DNA of 37,065 bases, filler included, from an uncultured virus (IMG/VR IMGVR_UViG_2061766007_000328) (taxonomy: Duplodnaviria > Heunggongvirae > Uroviricota > Caudoviricetes > Crassvirales). It is 2 parts of one record of this genome, joined end to end, with 100 filler letters (N's around TTAATTAATTAA, not from the genome) between each part and the next. Parts side by side here need not be neighbours in the genome. Positions count along the whole stretch, not along the records: positions 1 to 24,346 come from IMGVR_UViG_2061766007_000328; positions 24,447 to 37,065 come from IMGVR_UViG_2061766007_000328. One strand, written 5' to 3'. Every line of letters starts with the position of its first letter. Positions within the stretch are counted from its first letter, which is position 1. The position numbers and the translations under genes are program-made. The notes beneath the pieces were generated by a model, which was not told where the DNA came from, did not search any database, and saw only the letters and a program-made list of their open reading frames with translations. This document shows positions 17,389-27,866 of this stretch, piece by piece.

Positions 17389-17754
17389 TTATTCTACAAT
17401 CCAGTCAGTATTGCTGTATACATTTACATCCCTTTCGAACTCTTGATACACCCAAATAATCTCATTAGGCTCAATCTCGAGATAGTATTCTTTCTCATCA
17501 GGTTTCTCCGGCGAGCGAGGTACACATATAAGTTTTATTACCGCATTCACCCCAGAGCCAATCACGTCAACCGAACTGCTCGCCCTGCTCTGCAACAACG
17601 ACAGACTTGCCTTCTGTATCGCTTTCTCTATATCGGCATCTGCTATTACGCAAGAACTCTCCGGCACTATCTGGGCTATCACCTTCCTACACGCAGAAAC
17701 TGAAGCCTTTATGTCAGAGAGCGTAAGCGTCACATTTGCCTTGAGACAACTCAT
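17389..17754 (-). CDS. Hypothetical protein ending in a half-BACON
   Basis: C-terminus YLEIEPNEIIWV...VNVYSNTDWIVE. Confidence 0.75.
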   Translation of the reverse strand: MSCLKANVTLTLSDIKASVSACRKVIAQIVPESSCVIADADIEKAIQKASLSLLQSRASSSVDVIGSGVNAVIKLICVPRSPEKPDEKEYYLEIEPNEIIWVYQEFERDVNVYSNTDWIVE

Positions 17755-18077
17755 TTCATCAGCGGCATTATCGGTCCGAGATTGATTGGTTTGGCTTTTT
17801 CCTCCCTATAACCACCGGGGAAATCCTCGTCGGGAATCCGCACAGTCACAACGGCTATAAGTGAACCAGCCTCCAGTTTTATCCTGTTATTATTCTTTAC
17901 AACCGGCAGGATAAAGTTCCCCTCGTCGTCCTTCTTAACGTCAGCCTGCGTAAACGCATACGTCCTGTCGTTATTGTATAACTCTATGGTATAGTTGTCC
18001 GACTCCTGACTGAAGCCAAGAGCCTTGACATCTATCAGCAGTTTAGCGTCTGACCCTTCGTAGAAATTACCTGCCAT
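17751..18077 (-). CDS. Small beta-sandwich structural protein (BppU-N-like)
   Basis: 108 aa, GSDAKLLI...GSLIAVVTVRIPDEDFPGGYREE; ATGA coupling to the next gene. Confidence 0.6.
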   Translation of the reverse strand: MAGNFYEGSDAKLLIDVKALGFSQESDNYTIELYNNDRTYAFTQADVKKDDEGNFILPVVKNNNRIKLEAGSLIAVVTVRIPDEDFPGGYREEKAKPINLGPIMPLMK

Positions 18078-18090
18078 AATTTTCTTGTTA

Positions 18091-18119
18091 AATGGGGCGA
18101 GCGTTTAACCCGCCCCGTT
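18091..18119 (-). terminator. Intergenic GC hairpin
   Basis: GGGGCGGG-TTAAACG-CTCGCCCC followed by ATTTAAC; weak U-tract. Confidence 0.5.
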
Positions 18120-18123
18120 AAAC

Positions 18124-18357
18124 CTAATACTTACGCTTCTTGAAAGCCTTGACACAGTTTACAAGCGCACCTACGATAGCAATGATTCCGCACGCTACGT
18201 AGAAGCCCTTGCCCTCATTGAACGCCGGAACTACCGCAAACACAGTTGCGGCGATCCACAGAGCGGTGGGAATGAGGTTTACGATGAAGTCCTTGACCTC
18301 CAGCTTTCCGGCTTCGATAGCCTTCTCAGCCTCCTGTTTGATTTTCTCTTCTTCCAT
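18124..18357 (-). CDS. Small two-TM membrane protein
   Basis: Two hydrophobic helices, basic C-terminus. Confidence 0.75.
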   Translation of the reverse strand: MEEEKIKQEAEKAIEAGKLEVKDFIVNLIPTALWIAATVFAVVPAFNEGKGFYVACGIIAIVGALVNCVKAFKKRKY

Positions 18358-18360
18358 ATT

Positions 18361-18555
18361 TTACTGTATTATTAATCCCTGACTAATTGGTATTGTCTTG
18401 GTAGAACCGCCAAGGCCAACAATCGTAATATTTCCTCCTACCTGCGAGTTCGACAGCTTGCTTACAGTAACCTCTACTACCATATCCCCAGAGCCGTTCG
18501 CGGGATATATATTAGCCCACTGTACATCCACAGATGCGCTCCAAGCAGTATTACA
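18361..18555 (-). CDS. True C-terminus of the large multi-BACON protein
   Basis: CNTAWSASVDVQWANIYPANGSGDMVVEVTV...IPISQGLIIQ*; overlaps in sequence with the end of inverted piece 18811-19081. Confidence 0.8.
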   Translation of the reverse strand, partial: CNTAWSASVDVQWANIYPANGSGDMVVEVTVSKLSNSQVGGNITIVGLGGSTKTIPISQGLIIQ

Positions 18556-18810
18556 CCNNNNNNNNNNNNNNNNNNNNNNNNNNNNNNNNNNNNNNNNNNN
18601 NNNNNNNNNNNNNNNNNNNNNNNNNNNNNNNNNNNNNNNNNNNNNNNNNNNNNNNNNNNNNNNNNNNNNNNNNNNNNNNNNNNNNNNNNNNNNNNNNNNN
18701 NNNNNNNNNNNNNNNNNNNNNNNNNNNNNNNNNNNNNNNNNNNNNNNNNNNNNNNNNNNNNNNNNNNNNNNNNNNNNNNNNNNNNNNNNNNNNNNNNNNN
18801 NNNNNNNNNN

Positions 18811-19081
18811 GGTTATAACCGTAACTTATCCTGCCAACACTACGCTTGATGGAATATCGCGCTGGGTTAAAGTTTCTGCTGATGATTCTACGCTTGGTGT
18901 TATGGATCAGACATGCAACATTTCTCAGGCAGGTATAACAGTAGTTACATTCCGCGTTCAGGACGAGAACTACAACGACGTAACATCGTTGGTGTTTGCT
19001 CCTAACGACATGTACAAAAAGATATATGTCCGGTGTAATACTGCTTGGAGCGCATCTGTGGATGTACAGTGGGCTAATATA
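18811..19081 (+). CDS. Inverted contig: fragment of the multi-BACON protein
   Basis: Same translation as 25330-25550 and bridges it to 18361-18555; N-flanked. Confidence 0.85.
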
Positions 19082-19091
19082 NNNNNNNNNN

Positions 19092-22000
19092 CTTTACTAT
19101 ATCCATGAACTCCTCGTCAGCCTCCAGATTATTCCACAGCACAGAACTGTGACCGGCATAACAATATGCGTTCTGATTATCAGGATCCTTGCTCTGCCTG
19201 TCTATATCATAACCAAAACGAAGCAAACCGTCATTTCTTACACCAAGGATAGTATCGTTATCGTAGTTGATATAGAACCAGTGTATGCCATCCTCGGTTG
19301 TAAACATAGCATTCTTGACAGTCTGGTCAACGCCACCGAACCTCATGAGATAGACATAATACGCAGCCATCTTATACACGTCGAGATGGTACCATTTACC
19401 GGAAGAAAATACACTCATAAGTTCAGAGTTATTTACTACAACAACCCCGTTTGATACGGCAGACGCTCCCTTAGTAGAATATATCCAATCAGCAACATCC
19501 TTGAGTGCGCCGTTTGCTCTTGTAGCTTCTGAAGACTTTCCGCTATCATCCGGATAACGTGCCTCGAATGCGTTTCTCCATCCTAATGTCGAACTGCTTG
19601 TAGTATCCCAGTCAGACACATCATCAAATGTATTCGCCGGGTAGTCACCATTTACAACTTCCCAACACTCAACATTAGAATCGTTGAACCCTGGGATGTC
19701 ACAGAAACCATATACAGACTCTGTTGATTTGTCGTTATTCCAGTTATATTTGCCAAGGCATATGAGAGCATCGCTTTCATAACGGTGATAAAATAAGACA
19801 ATAGGAAAACCATCAACAGTTGTTCTTACGTCTTTGTTAAATCCATTTGCCTCTGCTGCATGCTGCGCCAGTGTCCTACATGGGTTCTTGCTGTCCTCAT
19901 AGTAATCGAGAAGATAATGCCTGCTATCTACATTGTTTACAACAGCATTCTTCATTACTGTATTCCACAAGCGTGCAACACCAGTATTATGAGTAGACGA
20001 AGACTCTGCATAATCTGCCTTCAAGCACCAGCAGTTCACAGGCTGAGAGCCATCCTTGAACGCATATTTCCTGTCGCCGCCCTCAAGCTCGTGACCTTGA
20101 TAATCGAATACTCTGGTCACATAACTATTCACTGTCGTATCTGCGCTATCTTTTGCCAAATAAAATCTGAAGTTCTTTCTGGGATAATCCATAGAGGATG
20201 TTCCCTGACAGCGCATAGAAGCGTCATACAGAGTGAGATTCTTGGTTGTATCAAAGTTGTTGATAATCTCTATTTTGTCCATTTTGACATAAGTTCCTTT
20301 ATTGGAACGGTCAAAATTCATCAACTTCTCAACATCACCGGTTATAATAATAACAGGTGTATATGCAGCAAGTTTTTCATAAGAAGGCTGGCTGCTCTCA
20401 TCAAGGATATCATTCCTGTCATACACATTAACCAATTCCTGAGCAGTCGGTCTATATAGCGTGTAGTTATTAAGAATCTCAGACGCCGACAATGCCCTAT
20501 TATAGCAACGAACCTGTTTTACAAGAATAGATGCGTCCGAAGAGCCTGCAAACTGGAGATATGCACCAGATGTAAATGAATCCGTACTTGCGTAGGTTAC
20601 AGCACCTGCAAGTATACCGTCAATATAAATAAACAGTAAGTTCTTATTCCTGGTAGCAGTAGGAGAATTTACCACAAAAGATACCCTCAGCGGAACGCCA
20701 CTCTTATACTTGGTAGATACACTGACATTTCCTCGCGACGTTATAGAAGCCTCGGATGCAGTAATAAGTATACCAGTACCATTTGTTCTGAGGTCGCATA
20801 TAACCTCATCATCGTCAAGCACCCTCTGAGTCTCGAACTCCATCTCGAAAGTGAATCCGTTTGTCACAATATCCCCGGAAAGAGGGGTATAATTCGTAAC
20901 GAATGATGCCCCATCAGGGATAAGAAGACCGTCTTTTGTCCATCCGCTTCTATCGGTATACGAGAAACCCGTCATCGTAGCAGTATAATTGCCGTATGAC
21001 CATGTGTTTCTGTTCTCAGAAGCATTTGTCCTATCACTCTTGTCAAGGGCGAACACAAGCCCGTTAGTCACTTCTTCAAGGTCGGCATATTGTGTTCCCG
21101 CTATACTTACATTGAATTCAAGGATATCAGTTCCAAACGAGAATGACAAGTAAGATGTCCCGGAAGTGAATGACTGCATGGTATATGTATATACATGCTG
21201 ATTTGCGGCAATGCTATTTGTTATGTTTCCACCAAAGGATATCTGCATTGGATGCTCACCTTCATAGCAATGTACGGCATATTTGATGTCTTTTGCCATA
21301 TACTGCACCGCTCCATAAATCGGTATCGGCTCACTTGTAGGATCAATAATCCCATTCATGCCATAACTTGCGTTATATGGATAATCAAACGATGCCACTA
21401 CGACATAATCCTGGAATGTACCGCTATCAACTATGAAGTCACGATACATAATATCGGAATAGAACAAGGAGCCATCAGCAGTTTCAACGTATGCACGATA
21501 CTGCAGGTTATGCCTTCCGTTAGCAAGATTGTACGACGGCAAGTATATACTCTTTGTGCGTGACGCTTCACTTGCCGTTACATCATCATTCTGCGAATCA
21601 TACGGCACTTGAACCCCATCAATAAACCATTCCATTCGTTTGACGCCGCCACCAACTATATTGAAAGCTATATCAAGATTACCAATAGGACTTACGTGAC
21701 TTGATATATCAAACGTATCACTAAGTTCAAGTTTTATGGCATAGTACGTTAGGCCAATTGACGTTGCAGCAAGAGTATTCTGACCAACAGCAGCTAGTGT
21801 TATAATATTTGTACCAGTTGACAGATAATCATCAATATTAAGAACCAGAGTTGAGCCATAGGTTACAGAACGTACAGCACGGGACACCGCAGAACCGTTT
21901 CTGAACGTGATTGTAACGTTCATATTCTCTCCGACAGAGGCACCTGACTTATTGACAACATCGAATTGAGCCTTTATATAATTACCTGTACTACCGGACT

Positions 22001-22310
22001 GTATATAATTTACGCTTTCGGTATCAACAAGCTCTATACTTGCTGTATAGTTGAAGGGCGCATCAAATGTTCCTATAAGAAGAGAGGCATTGTCTATTGG
22101 GTTGTCAAGATACTTATCCCTGTTATCCTCGTCCGCAAATACAAGAAACCTGTTATTTGTGGCATCATAATAAAAGCACCCAGCCCTTGAGTCAAGCTGT
22201 TCCTTTATCCACTCCTGTACGGCTTCTCCGGAATAAGGAAGCCCATTCTCAGGGTCCCTGCTCCAATCTATATTCTTATTGTCAATCTTATTTGTACTAT
22301 ATTTTGCCAT
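19092..22310 (-). CDS. Giant Ig/LamG-like + CotH-like kinase protein, allele B (C-terminus lost in gap)
   Basis: MAKYS start as in allele A; QGTSSMDYPRKNF, LKADYAESSSTHNTG, GKYNWNNDKS, DQTVKN, YDNDTILG. Confidence 0.75.
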
Positions 22311-22321
22311 GTCTAATATAT

Positions 22322-22513
22322 TTAGTTGTTTTTCCAACCCTCAGTATTGAGCCAAGGCTTCTCATTTACCCAAAAGCCAGCGCCAAAACAAGACCTTATA
22401 GCGGTCCATACAAGATTAAGTCCTTTGTATATCTCAACAGTTGACCACCATTTTCCGTTAGCATTAAGTCTATATTTGCCAGCAAGCGGCTTATCCCCTT
22501 CGTGATAAATCAT
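22322..22513 (-). CDS. Small Trp-rich fibre-adaptor-like protein, allele B
   Basis: Homologue of 13675-13863. Confidence 0.8.
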   Translation of the reverse strand: MIYHEGDKPLAGKYRLNANGKWWSTVEIYKGLNLVWTAIRSCFGAGFWVNEKPWLNTEGWKNN

Positions 22514-23670
22514 ATCTCTGACACCTCCTCATATACATTATAAGTCTTTGTCGGATCTATCTCACCAGCATCTACCAGCGCGTCGAAGTCTTCCTCTGAC
22601 AGCCATATCTCATCATCTTTCCTCTGGTATTCCGAGAAATCAACATCTGTGCTTCCAAATGGTACCCAATAGTACGTACTGCCATTTTTTACGGTCACAT
22701 ACTGCTTCTTTGTGTCGTCATCCTCATTACCTATAAGATATGTCTTTTGATGAGTAGAAGAACTTGCTTGCAGTGTCCCGGTGTAGTCCGTACCATTATA
22801 TGACACAACAACGCCGGCAGGGATATTTGAAACTACCGGAGCAGAAGATCCGTCCCAGGCCAATACCGTATCGTTTGTTGACAATGCACCAACAGATGAC
22901 TGAAGCGCGGCTATTACTATAGACTGGTTGTCAAGGGCGGCATTAGTGTTCGCAATTTTTACCCCAACTGCAATACCTTCGCTATCCCTTACAGCACTTT
23001 CATGTGTTACAGGATAAAATTCATTTCCATCGGAATCTTTTACATGCTTTATTGGAGCATCAACAGTAGTAACTATATCCCCAACATAAGATGCTCCGCC
23101 AAGTTTCCTGTTCGTCTCGTCAATCTCGCTCTTGAGTTGTACTCCCATAGCAGCCGATAATGCTAATCTAGGGGTGTCCGTCTCAAGGTTATTGGCGATT
23201 GATACTGGAGGACCAGTTGGACCAATAGGGCCAGTATCACCCTTAAGGTTCTTAAAGCTGAAAACAAGACTCTTCTCAAAGTCGTCACCAGTCATTGTTA
23301 CTGTCACCTCTGGGGTTCCGATGTTAGGGTCTACCTCAGCATCAACCTCTTTGAGTTTAACTGGGTCGCCCTTGTCTCCTTTATCTCCTTTTGGTCCAAC
23401 ATACTTGTTGACAACAGACATTATGGCATCGTATGCAACCAAGGCGTTGATGTACGACTCGAGCAAAAGTTCAGTAGCCAAGCCAGAAGACAGACCTATG
23501 TCACGTATCTGTATAATGCTGTACTTGCTCGGCTCTCCGTTATACCTTCCCGAATTCTTCAGGATAGATATCGCAGTCCTTTCCGACGATGCCGCCATCA
23601 ACGCAAGGCCTGAATCCCCTCCTGCGGTAAACGATGCTACATATAGATGGTTTGTATTACAATTATCCAT
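22510..23670 (-). CDS. Collagen-motif fibre protein, allele B
   Basis: First ~83 aa near-identical to 13860-14978; GPKGDKGDKGD; shared QRKDDE.WL...KTYNVYEE C-terminus. Confidence 0.75.
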   Translation of the reverse strand: MDNCNTNHLYVASFTAGGDSGLALMAASSERTAISILKNSGRYNGEPSKYSIIQIRDIGLSSGLATELLLESYINALVAYDAIMSVVNKYVGPKGDKGDKGDPVKLKEVDAEVDPNIGTPEVTVTMTGDDFEKSLVFSFKNLKGDTGPIGPTGPPVSIANNLETDTPRLALSAAMGVQLKSEIDETNRKLGGASYVGDIVTTVDAPIKHVKDSDGNEFYPVTHESAVRDSEGIAVGVKIANTNAALDNQSIVIAALQSSVGALSTNDTVLAWDGSSAPVVSNIPAGVVVSYNGTDYTGTLQASSSTHQKTYLIGNEDDDTKKQYVTVKNGSTYYWVPFGSTDVDFSEYQRKDDEIWLSEEDFDALVDAGEIDPTKTYNVYEEVSEI

Positions 23671-23676
23671 ATCTCG

Positions 23677-23748
23677 TTAATTTGTCCAAAGTTTCTGTGC
23701 CACACACTCCGATAGCGAAGGGCTATTTCCACCGTCAACTACCTTCAT
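23677..23748 (-). CDS. Possible 23-aa mini-ORF inside an allele-specific 78-bp insertion
   Basis: MKVVDGGNSPSLSECVAQKLWTN*; its ATG follows TGAT exactly as the collagen gene ATG does in allele A. Confidence 0.35.
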   Translation of the reverse strand: MKVVDGGNSPSLSECVAQKLWTN

Positions 23749-23749
23749 A

Positions 23750-24346
23750 TCAATAAACGTATATCAATCTGTATGTCTTGCTCGCGGCAAAAGAACCTGT
23801 TCCTGCCGTGACCGTGAAAGTACCATTGCTATATGACTTGCTTCCCGTGGTGTAGTAATACTCTCGCGCCGCGCGTGTTCCTGATGAGTTATAACGGCAA
23901 GCGGTGGTATATACATTCGTCCCATCACCAATCACGCTTGAAACAAGGTATGTCGAAGTCGAAGAGTTGGTAAGGTATGAACCTGATGAAGCCAAGGACA
24001 ACTGCACGGCAAACATCTTCGGTTGTCCAGACACCGTGAAAGCGAGTGACGAAGCATTGCTTGAGCCAACCGTCTTTGTCGTGGTTGCCACCGTTGCGGA
24101 TGCCCCCGTATAGTTTCCCGTCACGCCAAGGATGGTAGTTCCACTCTTGATGTTTCCCGCCGTGATGTTGGCATCTATGGAGGAAGTCACCGCACCTACC
24201 GTGACCTTCGTGAGATACTTTCCGCTTGTTGGCGTGATGTCCTGCGATGAAGTGGTAGGGGTTGCGCTCTTCGTTTCCGTCTGGATTGCACTCACAGTAA
24301 CTTGGCTCAAGCCGTCATACCCGTTATCTGCCGTGATGGTCTGCTG
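23750..24346 (-). CDS. Tail-fibre-like protein, allele B (N-terminus lost)
   Basis: Near-identical protein to 14980-15768. Confidence 0.75.
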   Translation of the reverse strand, partial: QQTITADNGYDGLSQVTVSAIQTETKSATPTTSSQDITPTSGKYLTKVTVGAVTSSIDANITAGNIKSGTTILGVTGNYTGASATVATTTKTVGSSNASSLAFTVSGQPKMFAVQLSLASSGSYLTNSSTSTYLVSSVIGDGTNVYTTACRYNSSGTRAAREYYYTTGSKSYSNGTFTVTAGTGSFAASKTYRLIYVY

Positions 24347-24446
24347 NNNNNNNNNNNNNNNNNNNNNNNNNNNNNNNNNNNNNNNNNNNNTTAATTAATT
24401 AANNNNNNNNNNNNNNNNNNNNNNNNNNNNNNNNNNNNNNNNNNNN
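24347..24446. other. Artificial contig linker N44-TTAATTAATTAA-N44
   Basis: Exactly 100 nt, symmetric, stop codons in all six frames. Confidence 0.95.
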
Positions 24447-24447
24447 T

Positions 24448-24584
24448 ACCGCTCTGTGGACCGCCGCAACTGTGTTTGCGGTAGTCCCGGCGTTCAATGA
24501 GGGCAAGGGCTTCTATGTGGCGTGTGGAATCATCGCTATCGTAGGTGCGCTTGTAAACTGTGTCAAGGCTTTCAAGAAGCGTAA
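24448..24584 (+). CDS. Inverted allelic fragment of the two-TM gene 18124-18357
   Basis: TALWTAATVFAVVPAFNEGKGFYVACGIIAIVGALVNCVKAFKKR. Confidence 0.85.
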
Positions 24585-24594
24585 NNNNNNNNNN

Positions 24595-25319
24595 GAGATG
24601 ACACTTGCATGCCAAGATGCACCATAAGGAGACACAGACACGTCCACAATACTAGGCGAAGACGAATTCCCGTCGGGCGCAATGCTTATGGAAGAAGCTG
24701 ATACAGATATTGCACCGACCTGAGTAATTCCGCGCTTTACAACAGTTATCTCCGCGACATCAATATAAGTACCATCTATCTGCTGGCTGAATATTATTGT
24801 TCCAGTCTGGTCAGAATTGTATTCCTGCGCAGGATACGTCCAGATTTGTACATGNNNNNNNNNNNNNNNNNNNNNNNNNNNNNNNNNNNNNNNNNNNNNN
24901 NNNNNNNNNNNNNNNNNNNNNNNNNNNNNNNNNNNNNNNNNNNNNNNNNNNNNNNNNNNNNNNNNNNNNNNNNNNNNNNNNNNNNNNNNNNNNNNNNNNN
25001 NNNNNNNNNNNNNNNNNNNNNNNNNNNNNNNNNNNNNNNNNNNNNNNNNNNNNNNNNNNNNNNNNNNNNNNNNNNNNNNNNNNNNNNNNNNNNNNNNNNN
25101 NNNNNNNNNNNNNNNNNNAACCGTCGCTATAATATCTGCCGTATTGCCGCCAGCGTCACTGCTATTATATGCGCTGAGCGTTGCGCCTCCAGATATCTGA
25201 GCCGTCCAACTTGTAGTACTCTGTACATGAATTGTGACCGTGGTGTCACTGGCAGATATGCTTGAACTACCAGTCACGCTCGCAGAAAGCGTATTCGCAG
25301 GAGCGATAGGCTCTTCCTC
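24595..25319 (-). CDS. Allelic fragments of the multi-BACON protein
   Basis: 24595-24854 and 25119-25319 duplicate parts of 26390-27130 with mostly synonymous changes. Confidence 0.85.
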
Positions 25320-25329
25320 NNNNNNNNNN

Positions 25330-27856
25330 TGACATATATCTTTTTGTACATGTCGTTAGGAGCAAACACCAACGAGGTTACGTCGTTGTAGTTCTCGTCC
25401 TGGACGCGGAATGTAACTACTGTTATACCTGCCTGAGAAATGTTGCATGTCTGATCCATAACACCAAGTGTAGAATCATCAGCAGAAACTTTAACCCAGC
25501 GCGATATTCCATCGAGCGTTGTGTTGGCAGGATAAGTTACGGTTATAACTCCATCTCCCACGACGTTATCGGTATCGCCGCTAAGCACTATGCCAGAACT
25601 TGCAGTTGCAGACCACGCAACGTTTGACGTAACAACTATTGTAAGTGTACCTCCGCCAGATCCGACGCTAGCAAACCTCTTATCTATAGAAAGTTCATTC
25701 TGGACGGGAACAACAGAGTCATCATCATACTCAGCCAGGAACTCTTCGGTATACGCACTTATAACATCATACTTCTCGCTATACGCGACGAACGTAGTGT
25801 CTTCACTGATACTTATGGCAGACGCGTATGACTGATAAGCCGAATAAGAACCAGTTGTCTTATACTTATAGAAAATAGCCGCACCCTGCGTAGCGCAAGT
25901 TATCGTAACCTGGTTTTCATCCTGCGATATAACCGGAGTTGCCGGCGCCGCAGGAAGCTGTGTTACAGTAAACGACTGGTTTACTCCAGAATTTGCTACT
26001 GCTGCAACCGTCAATGTTCCCATCCTTATCTCCGTATCAGAGTTCGAGGATATTGTAACAGCGACAGTAGTACTTCCTGCGCTTCCGCTATTCTGGCCTA
26101 ATGATATCCAAGTGTCGCCACTCCCCTTAGTTATAGTCCATGCGCAGTTCGCGGCTATAACCATATTCCTGGTCATTGCGGACTGGCTACCGGAAGCAGG
26201 GAAGGAAGTCGTGCTGAAGGATACACTTATGCTCGGCTGGGCCTGAGATACGCTTATGTCAGCATATTCATCAGTACCATCAAGATAGACCCTTACAGTC
26301 CAATTCCTAGAAGACTCTGTTGCTGCAGCATAAATACTTAACTTATTAAGTGATGTGTCTGCAGAACATGCAATTGCGCTGGTGTTCCCATAGATGACAC
26401 TTGCATGCCAAGATGCGCCATAAGGAGACACAGATACGTCCACAATACTGGGCGAAGACGAATTCCCGTCGGGCGCAATACTTATAGAAGAAGTTGATAC
26501 AGATATTGCACCGACCTGCGTAATTCCGCGCTTTACAACAGTTATCTCAGCAACATCAGTATAAGTACCATCTATCTGCTGGCTGAATATTATTGTTCCT
26601 GTCTGGTCAGAATTGTATTCCTGCGCAGGATACGTCCAGATTTGTACATGTGTTCCGCTTGTTGCAGAACCGCTTGTGGTCGGAAGCGCATATCCCGTAA
26701 ATAAACCAGATGTGTCTTTCTTGCGCATCTTCCAAGGAACGGAACTCTTTATATAGGCCGTAGTCGTGGAATCGGCGCTCGCCCCAAGTTCAACAGAGCC
26801 AGGAACAGTTCTGGTTACAGTACCGCCCTGACTTATAGAAAGCTGGACAGAAACATCTGGAGTACAGTCTGGATCATCAGATGTAATAGTCACGATAAAC
26901 GAACGCGAACTAGAAGTAGAGTTGGAGCCTACAGTCGCTATAATATCTGCCGTATTGCCGCCAGCATCGCTACTATTATATGCGCTGAGCGTTGCACCTC
27001 CAGATATCTGAGCCGTCCAACTTGTAGTGCTCTGTACATGAATTGTGACAGTGGTGTCACTGGAGGATATGTTTGAACTGCCAGTCACGCTCGCAGAAAG
27101 CGTATTCGCAGGAGCGATAGGCTCTTCCTCACCATCACCACTGCTTTCAGGCGCTGAAGCTTCCTGATGAATCGTAGCTACCACATAACCGCGAGGAAGC
27201 AACCCTTCTGCAAGGCATACTCTAACGCTTATATTCCTACTATCTTCTCCTTCCTCAAGAGGAAGAATCCTTACTTTGAGTCCGCTCGGGGAATTGTCAG
27301 TACAAACAGCGGCAGTATATCCGGCAAAAGCGCCACTGGTTCGGACATCTTTATTCTGGAACTCTATACCCTCAGGCAAATCGTATCCATACTTATTATA
27401 GTTTATAAATACGTACCAGCTAGGTATCCTTCCATCTGCCCTACTGCATACAAGATTCGCGTAACCACCTTCTTCGTTAACATGTGCCGGCTCGAAGTAC
27501 ACTTCATAGTTACCCTCTTCTGTACCGAACTGTATTATTGAACACCACGAACTAGCCTCATCATTATTAAGAGAGGCTTTTATCCGGACAGACCTGCCAT
27601 AAACCCAGTCATTTTCCTCTCGGTCAAGCAGGATGTCTATCCATTCAGAATCCGTAGAAGTGCCATAGGCAGTAAGACCATCTTCGGATATTGTATAATC
27701 ACATCCATCAATCACCATGAACTTTATCCAGTCATTCTCTGGAATAACAGCAGTCCATGAACCTGATGCGCGAAGTTTTGCTGTCCTACCTGCGAATCCA
27801 ATATGGCTGACGGACACGTGCTTCATGCCGTCTTCTCCAATAATCTTTATGGAATT
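25330..27856 (-). CDS. Large multi-BACON/Ig-repeat fibre protein, main fragment
   Basis: Repeated V.S/AN..W...W....SGS...R...TVTQ units and an FN3-associated-like TPVISQ...VTITCATQGAAIFY unit. Confidence 0.85.
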
Positions 27857-27866
27857 NNNNNNNNNN

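Noticed and set aside
18811..19081. Inverted BACON segment as a phase-variable inverton or shufflon
   Set aside because: N-flanked, no inverted-repeat ends, no recombinase in the window; the portal and two-TM genes show the same flipped pieces, so mis-oriented contigs.
14980..24346. Near-identical fibre copies as DGR template/variable repeats
   Set aside because: Differences are mostly synonymous and not adenine-specific; no reverse transcriptase seen.
24347..24446. TTAATTAATTAA palindrome
   Set aside because: Centred in symmetric 44-N runs totalling 100 nt; a synthetic six-frame stop linker.
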